From an uncultured Oscillospiraceae bacterium (lineage in GTDB: Bacteria > Bacillota > Clostridia > Christensenellales > CAG-314), in contig CAZHMU010000003.1 in the NCBI GenBank assembly GCA_964533825.1, positions 90,964 to 154,963 on the forward strand: DNA of 64,000 nt, written 5' to 3'. This document shows positions 44,338 through 53,110 of the stretch, piece after piece (position 1 is the stretch's first letter; each line of letters starts with the position of its first letter). The notes beneath the pieces are model-generated. The model saw only the letters and a program-made list of their open reading frames with translations, did no database searches and was not told the origin of the DNA. Both the position numbers and the translations under genes were made by a program.

Positions 44338-46215
44338 ATGAAAAAACTGCTTTTAACTTTGATATGTGTACTTGTTGTTGCGCTATGTTTGCCAACCTTT
44401 GCTTTGGCGGACACCACTACTGCGCAAGCCAACGACGTACACTTCATAGCGCCAACGGGCATTGCACTTGTGGGCGACTACTTGCTCGTGAGCGACAGCG
44501 TGGCAGACAACCAAAGTGCAATTTTGTGCTTTGACGTTGCAAACGGAAACGCACACGTGTTTACACATCTACTTGACAAGCAAGCAACAAATTTGTCCAG
44601 CTCCAATGGACGTTTGTTCGTCATCTTTGCTGACAGCTTTGTTGAGTACGCCATTGCCGATGACAACAAATCCCTTGTGGAAGTGGAAACATTTGCCTTT
44701 GAGAACGTAATTGACGTTTGTGTGGGCAAGCTCGATCTTGATGGCTCCATAAAGGACACTATCTACTTCCTGCAAAAAGGCACAAACGGAGACTCTCTAA
44801 AACGTGTCAAGGATGACAAATCCGCTGGAACAATCAATGGAATGTCGGTAGCAAACGCTTTCAGTTGCTTGTCAATGAGTGATGGAACAAACAACTATGT
44901 TTACATTTCTGGCAAAAATGCTGACGAAACAAACTCCATTACACGTTATGGCTGCGTCTGGGATTGGGATATCGAAGGCGACAAACTCAATGCTAATGGC
45001 GTAAGTTACGCAGGCACATTTGAGCTTTTGGGACTTGCCACAAACAATCGTGAGTACCCTGTTGTATATGGCGCAAAATCTATGTACAACCTTAACTTTG
45101 ACGGCAACAGTGCTTACGTTGCTACACAAGGTTTTGAAGACTTTTCCGCACAAGAGTACAGATTCATCAAAGTGACAAGCAACCAAAATTATTTTGTCAT
45201 TTTGAACGATAACAACCAAATCAACATTTTTGAGCTTGTAGAAAAGAATGGCGAGCCTGCGTTGAGCGACAACAGCTCCACCATCGGTAGCGACCTTGTA
45301 AAAACGGCCGTTCCCACCACTTACACAAGTTTTACGTTGGCAAAGTCTACCGGATACCCAACAAACATCGTCTACAAAACAAATGATGGCGATACATCAA
45401 TCGAAAGCATCTTGACAAACGACCAAGTGCAAGAATTTGTAATTTTGGGTTACAGTGGATACGAAGATGCAAGCTACTACTACGTTTTTGTAAACGGCAA
45501 GTTTGGTTGGATCAAAAAGAGTGATGACGCAACAACACCTGACACTGACGCCAAAATTGAAGTTGTTGATACAAAAGTTAGCGACAAAGTGACATACAAC
45601 GCAAAGTTTAACTCTCTGGGTATGGTGCACATCTACAACCTACCTTCGTCCGACAAAACTGTCCGCAAAGAATTGGAGCAAGTACAGCAAACTGCATCAA
45701 GCATGACGAGCGTAAAAATCTTGCAACAATTTAAGGAGACGGAAAAAAACATTGTTTGGTACTACGTTGAGTACGGACAAGGCAAGTATGGTTTTGTAAA
45801 GAGCAGTGACGTTGGACAATTTACTGCAACTTTGGCAGAACCTGTGGATGCGGTTGTTACAAAGCAAGTAAATGCATCGTTGTTTAATGCTGTAACATTG
45901 CACATGACAAAGGATCTTGACCCCGAAACAGTTTTGACCTACGATGGCAACAGCGAAAACCTTGTAAAACTGTACTCTGGCGACTGGGTAAATGTCATCG
46001 AAGTGGACGAAGAATCTGGCGCAAGTTTTGTTCAGGTTCTGGACCCCAACGGCAACGACCATATTTATGGTTGGGTGGAAACAGCTCGACTTGCGGACAT
46101 CAACGCCATCACAACTAATGCAGTTGTTGGTTTTGTCGCATTGGGCATTGCCATTGTACTTGCGATTGTGTTCTGCACTGTGTTTGTAAGCCGCAAAAAG
46201 AAAGCAAACAAATAA
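44338..46215 (+). CDS. Large secreted protein with a beta-propeller-like N-terminal region, three SH3b-like domains and a C-terminal TM anchor
   Basis: Signal peptide ...PTFALA. SH3b-like segments read YYYVFVNGKFGWIKKSD, WYYVEYGQGKYGFVKSSDV and IYGWVETARL. Terminal helix AVVGFVALGIAIVLAIVFCTVFV followed by RKKKANK. Confidence 0.7.
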   Translation: MKKLLLTLICVLVVALCLPTFALADTTTAQANDVHFIAPTGIALVGDYLLVSDSVADNQSAILCFDVANGNAHVFTHLLDKQATNLSSSNGRLFVIFADSFVEYAIADDNKSLVEVETFAFENVIDVCVGKLDLDGSIKDTIYFLQKGTNGDSLKRVKDDKSAGTINGMSVANAFSCLSMSDGTNNYVYISGKNADETNSITRYGCVWDWDIEGDKLNANGVSYAGTFELLGLATNNREYPVVYGAKSMYNLNFDGNSAYVATQGFEDFSAQEYRFIKVTSNQNYFVILNDNNQINIFELVEKNGEPALSDNSSTIGSDLVKTAVPTTYTSFTLAKSTGYPTNIVYKTNDGDTSIESILTNDQVQEFVILGYSGYEDASYYYVFVNGKFGWIKKSDDATTPDTDAKIEVVDTKVSDKVTYNAKFNSLGMVHIYNLPSSDKTVRKELEQVQQTASSMTSVKILQQFKETEKNIVWYYVEYGQGKYGFVKSSDVGQFTATLAEPVDAVVTKQVNASLFNAVTLHMTKDLDPETVLTYDGNSENLVKLYSGDWVNVIEVDEESGASFVQVLDPNGNDHIYGWVETARLADINAITTNAVVGFVALGIAIVLAIVFCTVFVSRKKKANK

Positions 46216-46246
46216 GCAAAAAGCAAAAATTGATAGTAAAACAAAA

Positions 46247-46277
46247 AGCACTCCAATAGTTTGGAGTGCTTTTTTTG
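46247..46277 (+). terminator. Rho-independent terminator
   Basis: AGCACTCCAA-tagt-TTGGAGTGCT followed by TTTTTT. Confidence 0.85.
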
Positions 46278-46635
46278 GGTTGGGGTGTGGTTGTTACAAA
46301 AGGTGGATGACATGGCTCACACCTACGGTGGTTAGGTAAAAGTGAAGATCGAACAGTGAATAGTTATGGACGCGTTGTTGGATTGTAAGGAAGCATATTA
46401 TCTCCCGTTGAAGTTATCAAATGGTTGTTTGTGAGAAGATGATACCTTGCCCTACGGCGGTTACGTTAAAGCGAAGAGTTGTGGATTAATTTTTAGGGCA
46501 ATTTGTCAAGATATAGATAGTTTTGAACTAACACATTATTCGTCCATTTGTAGTTTGTTTTAGCCTTGACAACTATGTTAAAGGTCGCATACTCTTGTCC
46601 ATTTTCTCTTACATATTATCTTATTGGCGTACGCC

Positions 46636-47301
46636 CTACTGCACTGCGGTCAAAATTGTAGGCGTGTCCGCTTGTGGCAGGCTGTCGCAGTTTTCTGCAA
46701 GATTGAGCTTGGTTACGGACACTTCGTAGGTGGTACGAGTATCCACAGTGCCATCGTCAAGGCGCTTTTGGTACTCGCGCGATTGCACACGACCCACGAT
46801 GTGAATATGTTCGCCCACTGGTAAAGTGCTGGCAAAACGCGCCGTACGCCCCCAAATGATGCAAGGGATGTAGTCACTTTTGTTGTATGGACGATTGACC
46901 GCCAAAAGGACATCGCAAATTTCGCGATTAAAGGGGGTTGTGCGGTAAACTGGTGTTTTGCAGATGTAACCATCAAGTTCCATTGTGTTGGGGTTGATGG
47001 TGTCATCGTAGGGCAAAATGTCCTGTACAAACACTGTCAAAAGCAGTTTGGAGTGGGTATCCACCAGTTTGTTGTAACTGCGCAGTTGTCCCACCACTGT
47101 AATTTTGTTACCATCCGCAATAAGGTCGGACAAAAGGTGCTCAGACAAAGAGATGGGCAAAAGGTCGTTGTTGCCGGAAAGACGTGGCACGGACAGTTGC
47201 AAAATGTAAAATTTTTCGCCAAATACGGTGTGCGAGTAGGTGGCATTGCCCACCACTGTGCCTGTCAAGACCACTTTGTTGTTAGTTGCGTTTGTGTTCA
47301 T
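46636..47301 (-). CDS. SSB-family protein with two tandem OB-fold-like halves
   Basis: The first half reads NKVVLTGTVVGNATYSHTVFGEKFYILQLSVPR... The second half reads ...LDGYICKTPVYRTTPFNREICDVLLAVNRPYNKSDYIPCIIWGR...GRVQSREY. Both resemble Clostridial SSB-like OB proteins. Confidence 0.55.
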   Translation of the reverse strand: MNTNATNNKVVLTGTVVGNATYSHTVFGEKFYILQLSVPRLSGNNDLLPISLSEHLLSDLIADGNKITVVGQLRSYNKLVDTHSKLLLTVFVQDILPYDDTINPNTMELDGYICKTPVYRTTPFNREICDVLLAVNRPYNKSDYIPCIIWGRTARFASTLPVGEHIHIVGRVQSREYQKRLDDGTVDTRTTYEVSVTKLNLAENCDSLPQADTPTILTAVQ

Positions 47302-47362
47302 AAAAAAGTTCTCCTTTGGGTGTTGAATTTGTTTTGCTTGTTATGCTGTTGATGTACAATTA

Positions 47363-48109
47363 TCAAGTATCACTACTTTGTATGCTCAAAATCTGTTTGC
47401 CGGTGTTGTCGATGTAGTAGTTGTCGTGGAAAATCAGCTCGCCAATGGGACAGAATTGCAAGTTTTTGAGTTTGAGACTTTCAAAAATCAGCGGCAATGC
47501 TTCTACAATGTGGTCGCTGTTGTTGTGGCACAGGATGATGTCGCCACTCTTGGATTTTTGCACGCGCTCGGCAATTTGCTTGGCAGTTAGTCCCTTCCAG
47601 TCAAGGCTATCCACGCTCCACTGGATTGTGTACAAGCCAAGCTCGGTGGCAATTTCAATAAGCTGATTGTTGTAGTCGCCAAAGGGCGGACGGAAAAGTT
47701 TGGGCATTTGTCCTGTAAGCTCGTAAATCTTTTGGCAACTGGACGCAAGCTCCTTTCGGCATTTTTCGGCAGAAAGTTTACTCATTTGTGGGTGAGTTTC
47801 CGAGTGAGTGCCAATTTCAAAGCCACGCTGGGCAATTTCCTTGACCATTTCGGGGTACTTGTCTATCCAAAAACCCACCAAAAAGAAGGTGGCTTTGACG
47901 TTGTACTGCTCGCAAATATCCATTATTTGGCGAGTTTTGTCCGCTCCCCAAGCAGCATCAAAGCTGATAGATACAAGATTGTCCGTTCTATCTACACAGT
48001 AGATGGGAATTTTGCGGTTTTGTGCGGAAACTTGCGCGTAGCCACCCACACAGCAGGTAAAAATGATACACAAAAGGGAAACGGCAATAGACGTGACGAT
48101 TTTTTTCAC
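47363..48109 (-). CDS. Polysaccharide deacetylase (NodB homology domain)
   Basis: Signal peptide. ISFDAAWG...ATFFLVGFW...GFEIGTHSETH...LFRPPFG. Confidence 0.85.
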   Translation of the reverse strand: MKKIVTSIAVSLLCIIFTCCVGGYAQVSAQNRKIPIYCVDRTDNLVSISFDAAWGADKTRQIMDICEQYNVKATFFLVGFWIDKYPEMVKEIAQRGFEIGTHSETHPQMSKLSAEKCRKELASSCQKIYELTGQMPKLFRPPFGDYNNQLIEIATELGLYTIQWSVDSLDWKGLTAKQIAERVQKSKSGDIILCHNNSDHIVEALPLIFESLKLKNLQFCPIGELIFHDNYYIDNTGKQILSIQSSDT

Positions 48110-48234
48110 AGTGACCTCTCAATGATAGTAAATTTTGCGTGTAAAACTTTGGGATGTATTGGCAGTTTTAGTCGTATTTTCTACATTTTATGAATGAGAG
48201 ATTAAAAAAATGAGTGCAGAAAGTGAGAGAGAAT

Positions 48235-48270
48235 AAAAAAAGAGAAAGGATTGATTCCTTTCTCTTTTTA
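48235..48270. terminator. Bidirectional terminator
   Basis: AGAGAAAGGA-(5 nt)-TCCTTTCTCT flanked by A6 and T4. Confidence 0.75.
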
Positions 48271-48318
48271 TTGACTTAATATTAAATTTGATACAGTAGA
48301 TATCTATTATGAATATGT

Positions 48319-48987
48319 TTATACACCCAAACGTTCTCTCATATCGTTGAGCATTTCTCCATTATATTTGAAAAATCTTGGGCCAGCAATGGGCGCAGAG
48401 TGATCTAAATTCATAATGATTCTTGCAACCATAGTCAAAGACATAACTTCGCCATTGAACTCAACCTTCTTATCGTCCACTACCGTACAGAAAATACTTT
48501 CGTCTTTGAAATATGTAATTTTTGCACCAATAGGGATATTTACCATTGCAAAAGAAAATGGCTTTGCTCTTTCGCGAGATTCTTCGGCAATGGTCGCAGC
48601 GACATTAGTCTCTGCCTCTTGTTCAGCAGATGGCTTAATTAGTTTCAGTCTATCGGTTGTCCCATGTATTTCTGCCATTGCTTCAAATAAACGATAAGCT
48701 TCCTCAGGCAACATCGCAAAAAATTCCCTCTTGCGTTTTTTACCTGCCACAGTATCAATGGCACGCAAATTAGGATTCAATAACTCGATAATCTCATGGA
48801 GTTTCATATCTGTTAATCGATTGTCTACTTCATAAGTTGCATAAACTCTAAACGCAAATGGAGTGCACTCGCTACGGTTTAGTTGTGCAAGTCTGGTATC
48901 CATATCGTCTGCATAACCAATTTTTACATACTCTTCAAAAGATGGGTTGGTCAGTATGTAAATTACGCCTTTCTTTTCTTTTGTCAT
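48319..48987 (-). CDS. GIY-YIG / T5orf172-domain protein with a C-terminal DUF4357-like region
   Basis: GVIYILTNPSFEEYVKIGYADD...RLAQLN matches the T5orf172 (MUG113) pattern. By eye the gene is AT-richer than its neighbours. Confidence 0.65.
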   Translation of the reverse strand: MTKEKKGVIYILTNPSFEEYVKIGYADDMDTRLAQLNRSECTPFAFRVYATYEVDNRLTDMKLHEIIELLNPNLRAIDTVAGKKRKREFFAMLPEEAYRLFEAMAEIHGTTDRLKLIKPSAEQEAETNVAATIAEESRERAKPFSFAMVNIPIGAKITYFKDESIFCTVVDDKKVEFNGEVMSLTMVARIIMNLDHSAPIAGPRFFKYNGEMLNDMRERLGV

Positions 48988-49027
48988 TTGAATGCTCTCC
49001 TATTTTCATTAGTGATATAAGTTTGTG

Positions 49028-50095
49028 TTAGTTTTTCGCCAATCCTTTCAACAACACAGTACATTGCACTGCAATGCCGTCGCCGTTGCCGAGTGCGCCA
49101 AGGTGTTCGGTCGTGGTGGCAGTAAGATTGACGCAACTAACATCAATTTTGAGAACTTTGGCAAGGTTCTGCGCCATTTGGGGGATGTGGGGTGAAAGTT
49201 TGGGTGCTTGACAAATTACAACTGCGGACACGTTTACCACTTCAAAACCGCTATCCTTGGCGATTTGCACACACTTGGCAAGCAAGTCCATGCTGTTTGC
49301 GCCGAGATATTTGTCGTCCGTATCGGGGAATTGCACACCGATATCGCGGTTGTTGGATGCTGATAGCACTCCATCACAAATTGCGTGGGCAAGCACGTCT
49401 GCATCGCTGTGGCCCTTGAGTTTTTTGTTGTAAGGCACTTTGACACCGCCCAAAATTACGCCATCCCCATCGCAAAAGGCGTGGACGTCAAAGCCGTTGC
49501 CAATGCGGAAGGTGGGTAAATCTTGCGGATAGGTAATTTTGACGTTTGCGCGTTCGCCATCGGCAAAATGGACACTGCCAAAAACATCATGGAAAAGTGT
49601 ACTTTCATCAGTGTAGTTTTGGTGTTGTGCGTTTGCAAAAGCCTGTTTGAGTTTGATGCAATCAAAGACTTGTGGGGTTTGCACCGCTTTCAAGGTTGTG
49701 CGGTCGATGGTTGTTGCACCATTGCCTGCTTGTTGCCAAACTGTGTCGGTAACAGGCAAACTTGGTACTGCACTGCCGTAAGTTTGTGCCTCACAAAACA
49801 GCTTTTCAATGAGCGCTTTGCTCACAAATGGGCGCGCGCCATCGTGGATGGCAACCAAGGTACAGTCGTTGCCCACCATATCAAGGCCATTTTGCACCGA
49901 CAAAAAGCGAGTTTGGCCAGCTGGCGCAAAGGTTGTGCCGTCAATTTGTACGCCAACCACTACAATTTTGTCCACAAGTGGACGAAAAATGTCAACGGTG
50001 TTTTGCAGTACCGTTTTGTTAAACAGCAAAGTATTCAGTTTGTCGTTGCCAAATCTGGTGGAGTGTCCACCGGCAACAATCACTGCGTATTTCAT
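49028..50095 (-). CDS. ispDF: Bifunctional IspD/IspF (MEP cytidylyltransferase / MEcPP synthase)
   Basis: N-terminal VIVAGGHSTRFG. The C-terminal half reads FRIGNGFDVHAF...GHSDADVLAHAI. One frame. Confidence 0.9.
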   Translation of the reverse strand: MKYAVIVAGGHSTRFGNDKLNTLLFNKTVLQNTVDIFRPLVDKIVVVGVQIDGTTFAPAGQTRFLSVQNGLDMVGNDCTLVAIHDGARPFVSKALIEKLFCEAQTYGSAVPSLPVTDTVWQQAGNGATTIDRTTLKAVQTPQVFDCIKLKQAFANAQHQNYTDESTLFHDVFGSVHFADGERANVKITYPQDLPTFRIGNGFDVHAFCDGDGVILGGVKVPYNKKLKGHSDADVLAHAICDGVLSASNNRDIGVQFPDTDDKYLGANSMDLLAKCVQIAKDSGFEVVNVSAVVICQAPKLSPHIPQMAQNLAKVLKIDVSCVNLTATTTEHLGALGNGDGIAVQCTVLLKGLAKN

Positions 50096-50340
50096 AGGTT
50101 GATTACAATTTCGTACAGTTCGCTTGCCTCGTCACGCTTGACAGTTTCGGCAAGTTTTTTTACGCGGAAAGTCAGTGGCGCCGTTGCAAAATGCACACAA
50201 ACAAGGTCGCCAACCTTCAGCTGATGACCTGGTTTTGCAGGTTTGCCATTGACATCCACTTTGCCAGCGTCACAGGCTTCTTGAGCCATTGTGCGACGCT
50301 TCAAAATGCGAGATACTTTCAAAAATTTGTCCAGTCTCAT
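50092..50340 (-). CDS. S4-domain RNA-binding protein
   Basis: MRLDKFLKVSRILKRRTMAQEA...GKV.VNGK.AKP. Start trimmed to 50340, just after the recR stop. Confidence 0.75.
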   Translation of the reverse strand: MRLDKFLKVSRILKRRTMAQEACDAGKVDVNGKPAKPGHQLKVGDLVCVHFATAPLTFRVKKLAETVKRDEASELYEIVINL

Positions 50341-50344
50341 AGTT

Positions 50345-50935
50345 TTACACTTCCTTGCGGTTGACAAATGCGCGTGACAAAGTTACTTCGTCAGCGTATT
50401 GCAACTCACTGCCAACAGAGATGCCTTGCGCAAGGCGTGTCACCTTGACACCATACTGCTTTACAAAGCGAGCAATGTAGGTTGCGGTTGCTTCCCCCTC
50501 GGCGGATGTGTCGGTAGCAAGGATGACTTCGTGAACATCGCCAGTCAGGCGTTTGAAAAGCTCCGCAAGGCGGATGTCGTCACGACCAACGTTTTTAAGT
50601 GGGTTCAAAACACCACCCAAAACGTGGTACACACCCTTGTACTCGCCAAGACGCTCGATTGCCAAAACGTCCTTTGCCTCTTGCACTACGCAAATAACTG
50701 AGTTATCCCTTGTATTGCAGATGTGGCAAGGGTCGGTATCGGTGTAGTTACCGCAAACGGAGCACACTTTGACGTTGGATTTTGCTTCCAAAATTGCTTG
50801 GGCAAAGTCTTGCGCATCTGCGTCATTCATGGCCAAAATACGCAAAGCATATCTTTGCGCTGTTTTTGAGCCAACACCTGGCAGTTTGGTAAACTGACGG
50901 ATGAGTTTTTCGATTGGTTGAACGTAGTTTGCCAT
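50345..50935 (-). CDS. recR: Recombination protein RecR
   Basis: LPGVGSKTAQR, zinc finger CSVCGNYTDTDPCHIC, Toprim region. Confidence 0.92.
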   Translation of the reverse strand: MANYVQPIEKLIRQFTKLPGVGSKTAQRYALRILAMNDADAQDFAQAILEAKSNVKVCSVCGNYTDTDPCHICNTRDNSVICVVQEAKDVLAIERLGEYKGVYHVLGGVLNPLKNVGRDDIRLAELFKRLTGDVHEVILATDTSAEGEATATYIARFVKQYGVKVTRLAQGISVGSELQYADEVTLSRAFVNRKEV

Positions 50936-50936
50936 C

Positions 50937-51305
50937 TTAGAACAATCCCTTCATTTGTGCAAAAGGTGCCATGAGTTTGTCTTCTTCTGCCTGCGCCTTT
51001 TGGTATGCATCGTTGATGGCAGCAAGAATCATATCTTCCAACATTTCGCAGTCGTCTGGATCGCAGATTTCTGGCTTGATGGAAACGGACAATACACTCT
51101 TTTTGCCGTTGCAAACAACTTGAACCATTCCGCCACCAGCAGAGCCGGTAACTTCAAGTTCTTCAAGAGCGTTTTGCGCTTCCAGCATTTTTTGTTGCAT
51201 TTGTTGCGCTTGTTTCATCAAGTTTTGCATGTTTCCGCCGCCGAAGCCGCTACCACCGCCACTGCGGTTGCCACCACCTGGGTTGTAACCATATTTGTTG
51301 CCCAT
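50937..51305 (-). CDS. ybaB: Nucleoid-associated protein YbaB/EbfC
   Basis: ...NMQNLMKQAQQMQQKMLEAQ..LE...V.G.AGGG.V... Gly-rich N-terminal extension. Confidence 0.88.
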   Translation of the reverse strand: MGNKYGYNPGGGNRSGGGSGFGGGNMQNLMKQAQQMQQKMLEAQNALEELEVTGSAGGGMVQVVCNGKKSVLSVSIKPEICDPDDCEMLEDMILAAINDAYQKAQAEEDKLMAPFAQMKGLF

Positions 51306-51371
51306 AAGATTTTTCTCCTTTTTATCACGACAATGTTGTCGAAAGATATTTTTATTATGTTATGATTTTGT

Positions 51372-51390
51372 GGACAAACGCAGTTTGCCC
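51372..51390 (-). repeat. REP-like hairpin
   Basis: Minus strand reads AUAUGGGCAAAC-UGC-GUUUGUCC (8 bp including 1 G-U). Confidence 0.6.
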
Positions 51391-51510
51391 ATATATTTTA
51401 GAATTGCGGGAGGACAACCCCCTCCCCTCCGAACGTGATTGTAAGCGGACAGTCGGAGACGCCTGTCACCACAATAAAACTATTGTGGTTTGATGACACA
51501 ATTTGTAATA

Positions 51511-51537
51511 TGCGAACGAGCACAGCTTGTCCCTACG
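51511..51537 (-). repeat. REP-like hairpin
   Basis: Minus strand reads CGUAGGGACAAGC-UGU-GCUCGUUC (7 of 8 paired), 54 nt after the dnaX stop. Confidence 0.55.
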
Positions 51538-51590
51538 TATTTTGATTTACCTAACAACCAAAATACCCACAATTATTGAAATATTATTGA

Positions 51591-53108
51591 TTATTTGTTA
51601 TCGTCATCTGATCCAAAGCGGACGGGACCAAGGGAATTCAGTTGGTCGTCAAGTGTCGAATCGTTGGGGTCTTCGGCAAGCACAAATGTGATTGTCTTGT
51701 CCCAAAACTTGCCAATGGCAATTTCCAGCTCACGCTTGTAGTTGATTTGACCCTTGCCAAAGTTGCAAGTGATAAGCGCGTGTGCACCCTTGGAGCAGGT
51801 TACCACAAACTCGTCACGAGAAATTGCAACGGTAACGTCACGCCATACGCCCACCAAAAGTGGGTTGTTTTTGCTTTCCAACTGAATTTTTACACCGCGC
51901 CAGATGGATTCCGCACTGGTTTTGTCCACGATAAAAAGATCCTTTGTGTCGGTGGACATATTGTGTGGTTGTTGCTCGAGCCTGTACAAACGGCGGTCAA
52001 GGCCCTCCACGTCAACTTCGCCACTGCAAGATGAAATTTTCAACAATGCGCTTTCAAACAACATCAGTGGGGAGAGTGCGTATCTCAAAGTTGTGTCGCA
52101 AGCAACAAGCACGTCGATTGCGTACAACAGCTTTTTGGTGGTGGTTTGGTTTGCCAAATCTTTGTATTGAGCAAAGATATCGTCCGGCAAAACAAGCATT
52201 TGCTTTGCGGTTGGGCACAATTTGACTGTGAGTAAATCTTTGAAGTACAGTGACAAGTCCTTTGCAAGACGAGCAATGTCCTTGCCTTGCTTTACCAGTT
52301 TGTCCGTTTCCGTCAAAATTGCTGCTGCATCGTTTGTCAAAACTGCCTTTGCAAGTGCGGTAATGCTGTTTTTGGAAGATACACCAAGTACAGCCATAAC
52401 GTCGTCGTAGGTTAGCGCATCGCCCTCGATTGCAAAACAGCGGTCAGCTATGGACACTGCATCACGCACACTACCTTCGCCTGCTTGAGCAATAGCGTTG
52501 ACAGCTTCTGGAGTGTACTTTTTGCCCTCTTGGTCGTAGATTTTGCCAATGTGAGTAGCCAACAAGTCCGTTGGCACAAGGCGGAAATCAAAACGCATAC
52601 AACGAGAAAGAATTGTTGCAGGGATTTTGTGAACTTCGGTAGTACACAAAATGAACAATGCGTGCTCGGGTGGTTCTTCCAACGTTTTCAAAAGTGCGTT
52701 GAAAGCACCTTGACTCAACATATGAACCTCGTCGATGATGTACACCTTGTAACGACCGTTGACCGGTGGATATTGCACCTTTTCGCGGATGTCACGAGCG
52801 TAATCCACACCATTGTTGGATGCTGCGTCCATTTCCATAATGTCAATGTTGTTTGCGCCTTGGTTGCACACAAAGCAATCGCCACAAGAGTTGCCATTGT
52901 GGTTTGCCGCGTTTGCGCAGTTTACAGCACGAGCAAAAATCTTTGCAGTAGAGGTTTTACCTGTTCCGCGAGTACCAGTAAAAAGATATGCGTGGGACAC
53001 CTTGTTGTGCAAGATTTGGTTGCGCAATGTAGAGATGATGTGCTCTTGACCAATTACGTCGTCAAAGGTTTGTGGACGGTACTTTCGGTACAATGCAATG
53101 TAGTTCAT
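51591..53108 (-). CDS. dnaX: DNA polymerase III subunits gamma/tau
   Basis: YRPQTFDDVIGQEH...HAYLFTGTRGTGKTS...IIDEVHML... Confidence 0.92.
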   Translation of the reverse strand: MNYIALYRKYRPQTFDDVIGQEHIISTLRNQILHNKVSHAYLFTGTRGTGKTSTAKIFARAVNCANAANHNGNSCGDCFVCNQGANNIDIMEMDAASNNGVDYARDIREKVQYPPVNGRYKVYIIDEVHMLSQGAFNALLKTLEEPPEHALFILCTTEVHKIPATILSRCMRFDFRLVPTDLLATHIGKIYDQEGKKYTPEAVNAIAQAGEGSVRDAVSIADRCFAIEGDALTYDDVMAVLGVSSKNSITALAKAVLTNDAAAILTETDKLVKQGKDIARLAKDLSLYFKDLLTVKLCPTAKQMLVLPDDIFAQYKDLANQTTTKKLLYAIDVLVACDTTLRYALSPLMLFESALLKISSCSGEVDVEGLDRRLYRLEQQPHNMSTDTKDLFIVDKTSAESIWRGVKIQLESKNNPLLVGVWRDVTVAISRDEFVVTCSKGAHALITCNFGKGQINYKRELEIAIGKFWDKTITFVLAEDPNDSTLDDQLNSLGPVRFGSDDDNK

Positions 53109-53110
53109 AC

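Noticed and set aside
51306-51590. Structured ncRNA gene (for example SRP RNA, which neighbours dnaX in B. subtilis) in the 285-nt dnaX-ybaB spacer
   Set aside because: No SRP domain IV-like motif was seen. The spacer is explained by two REP-like hairpins and a GGGAGG/CCTCCC stem belonging to the repeat family.
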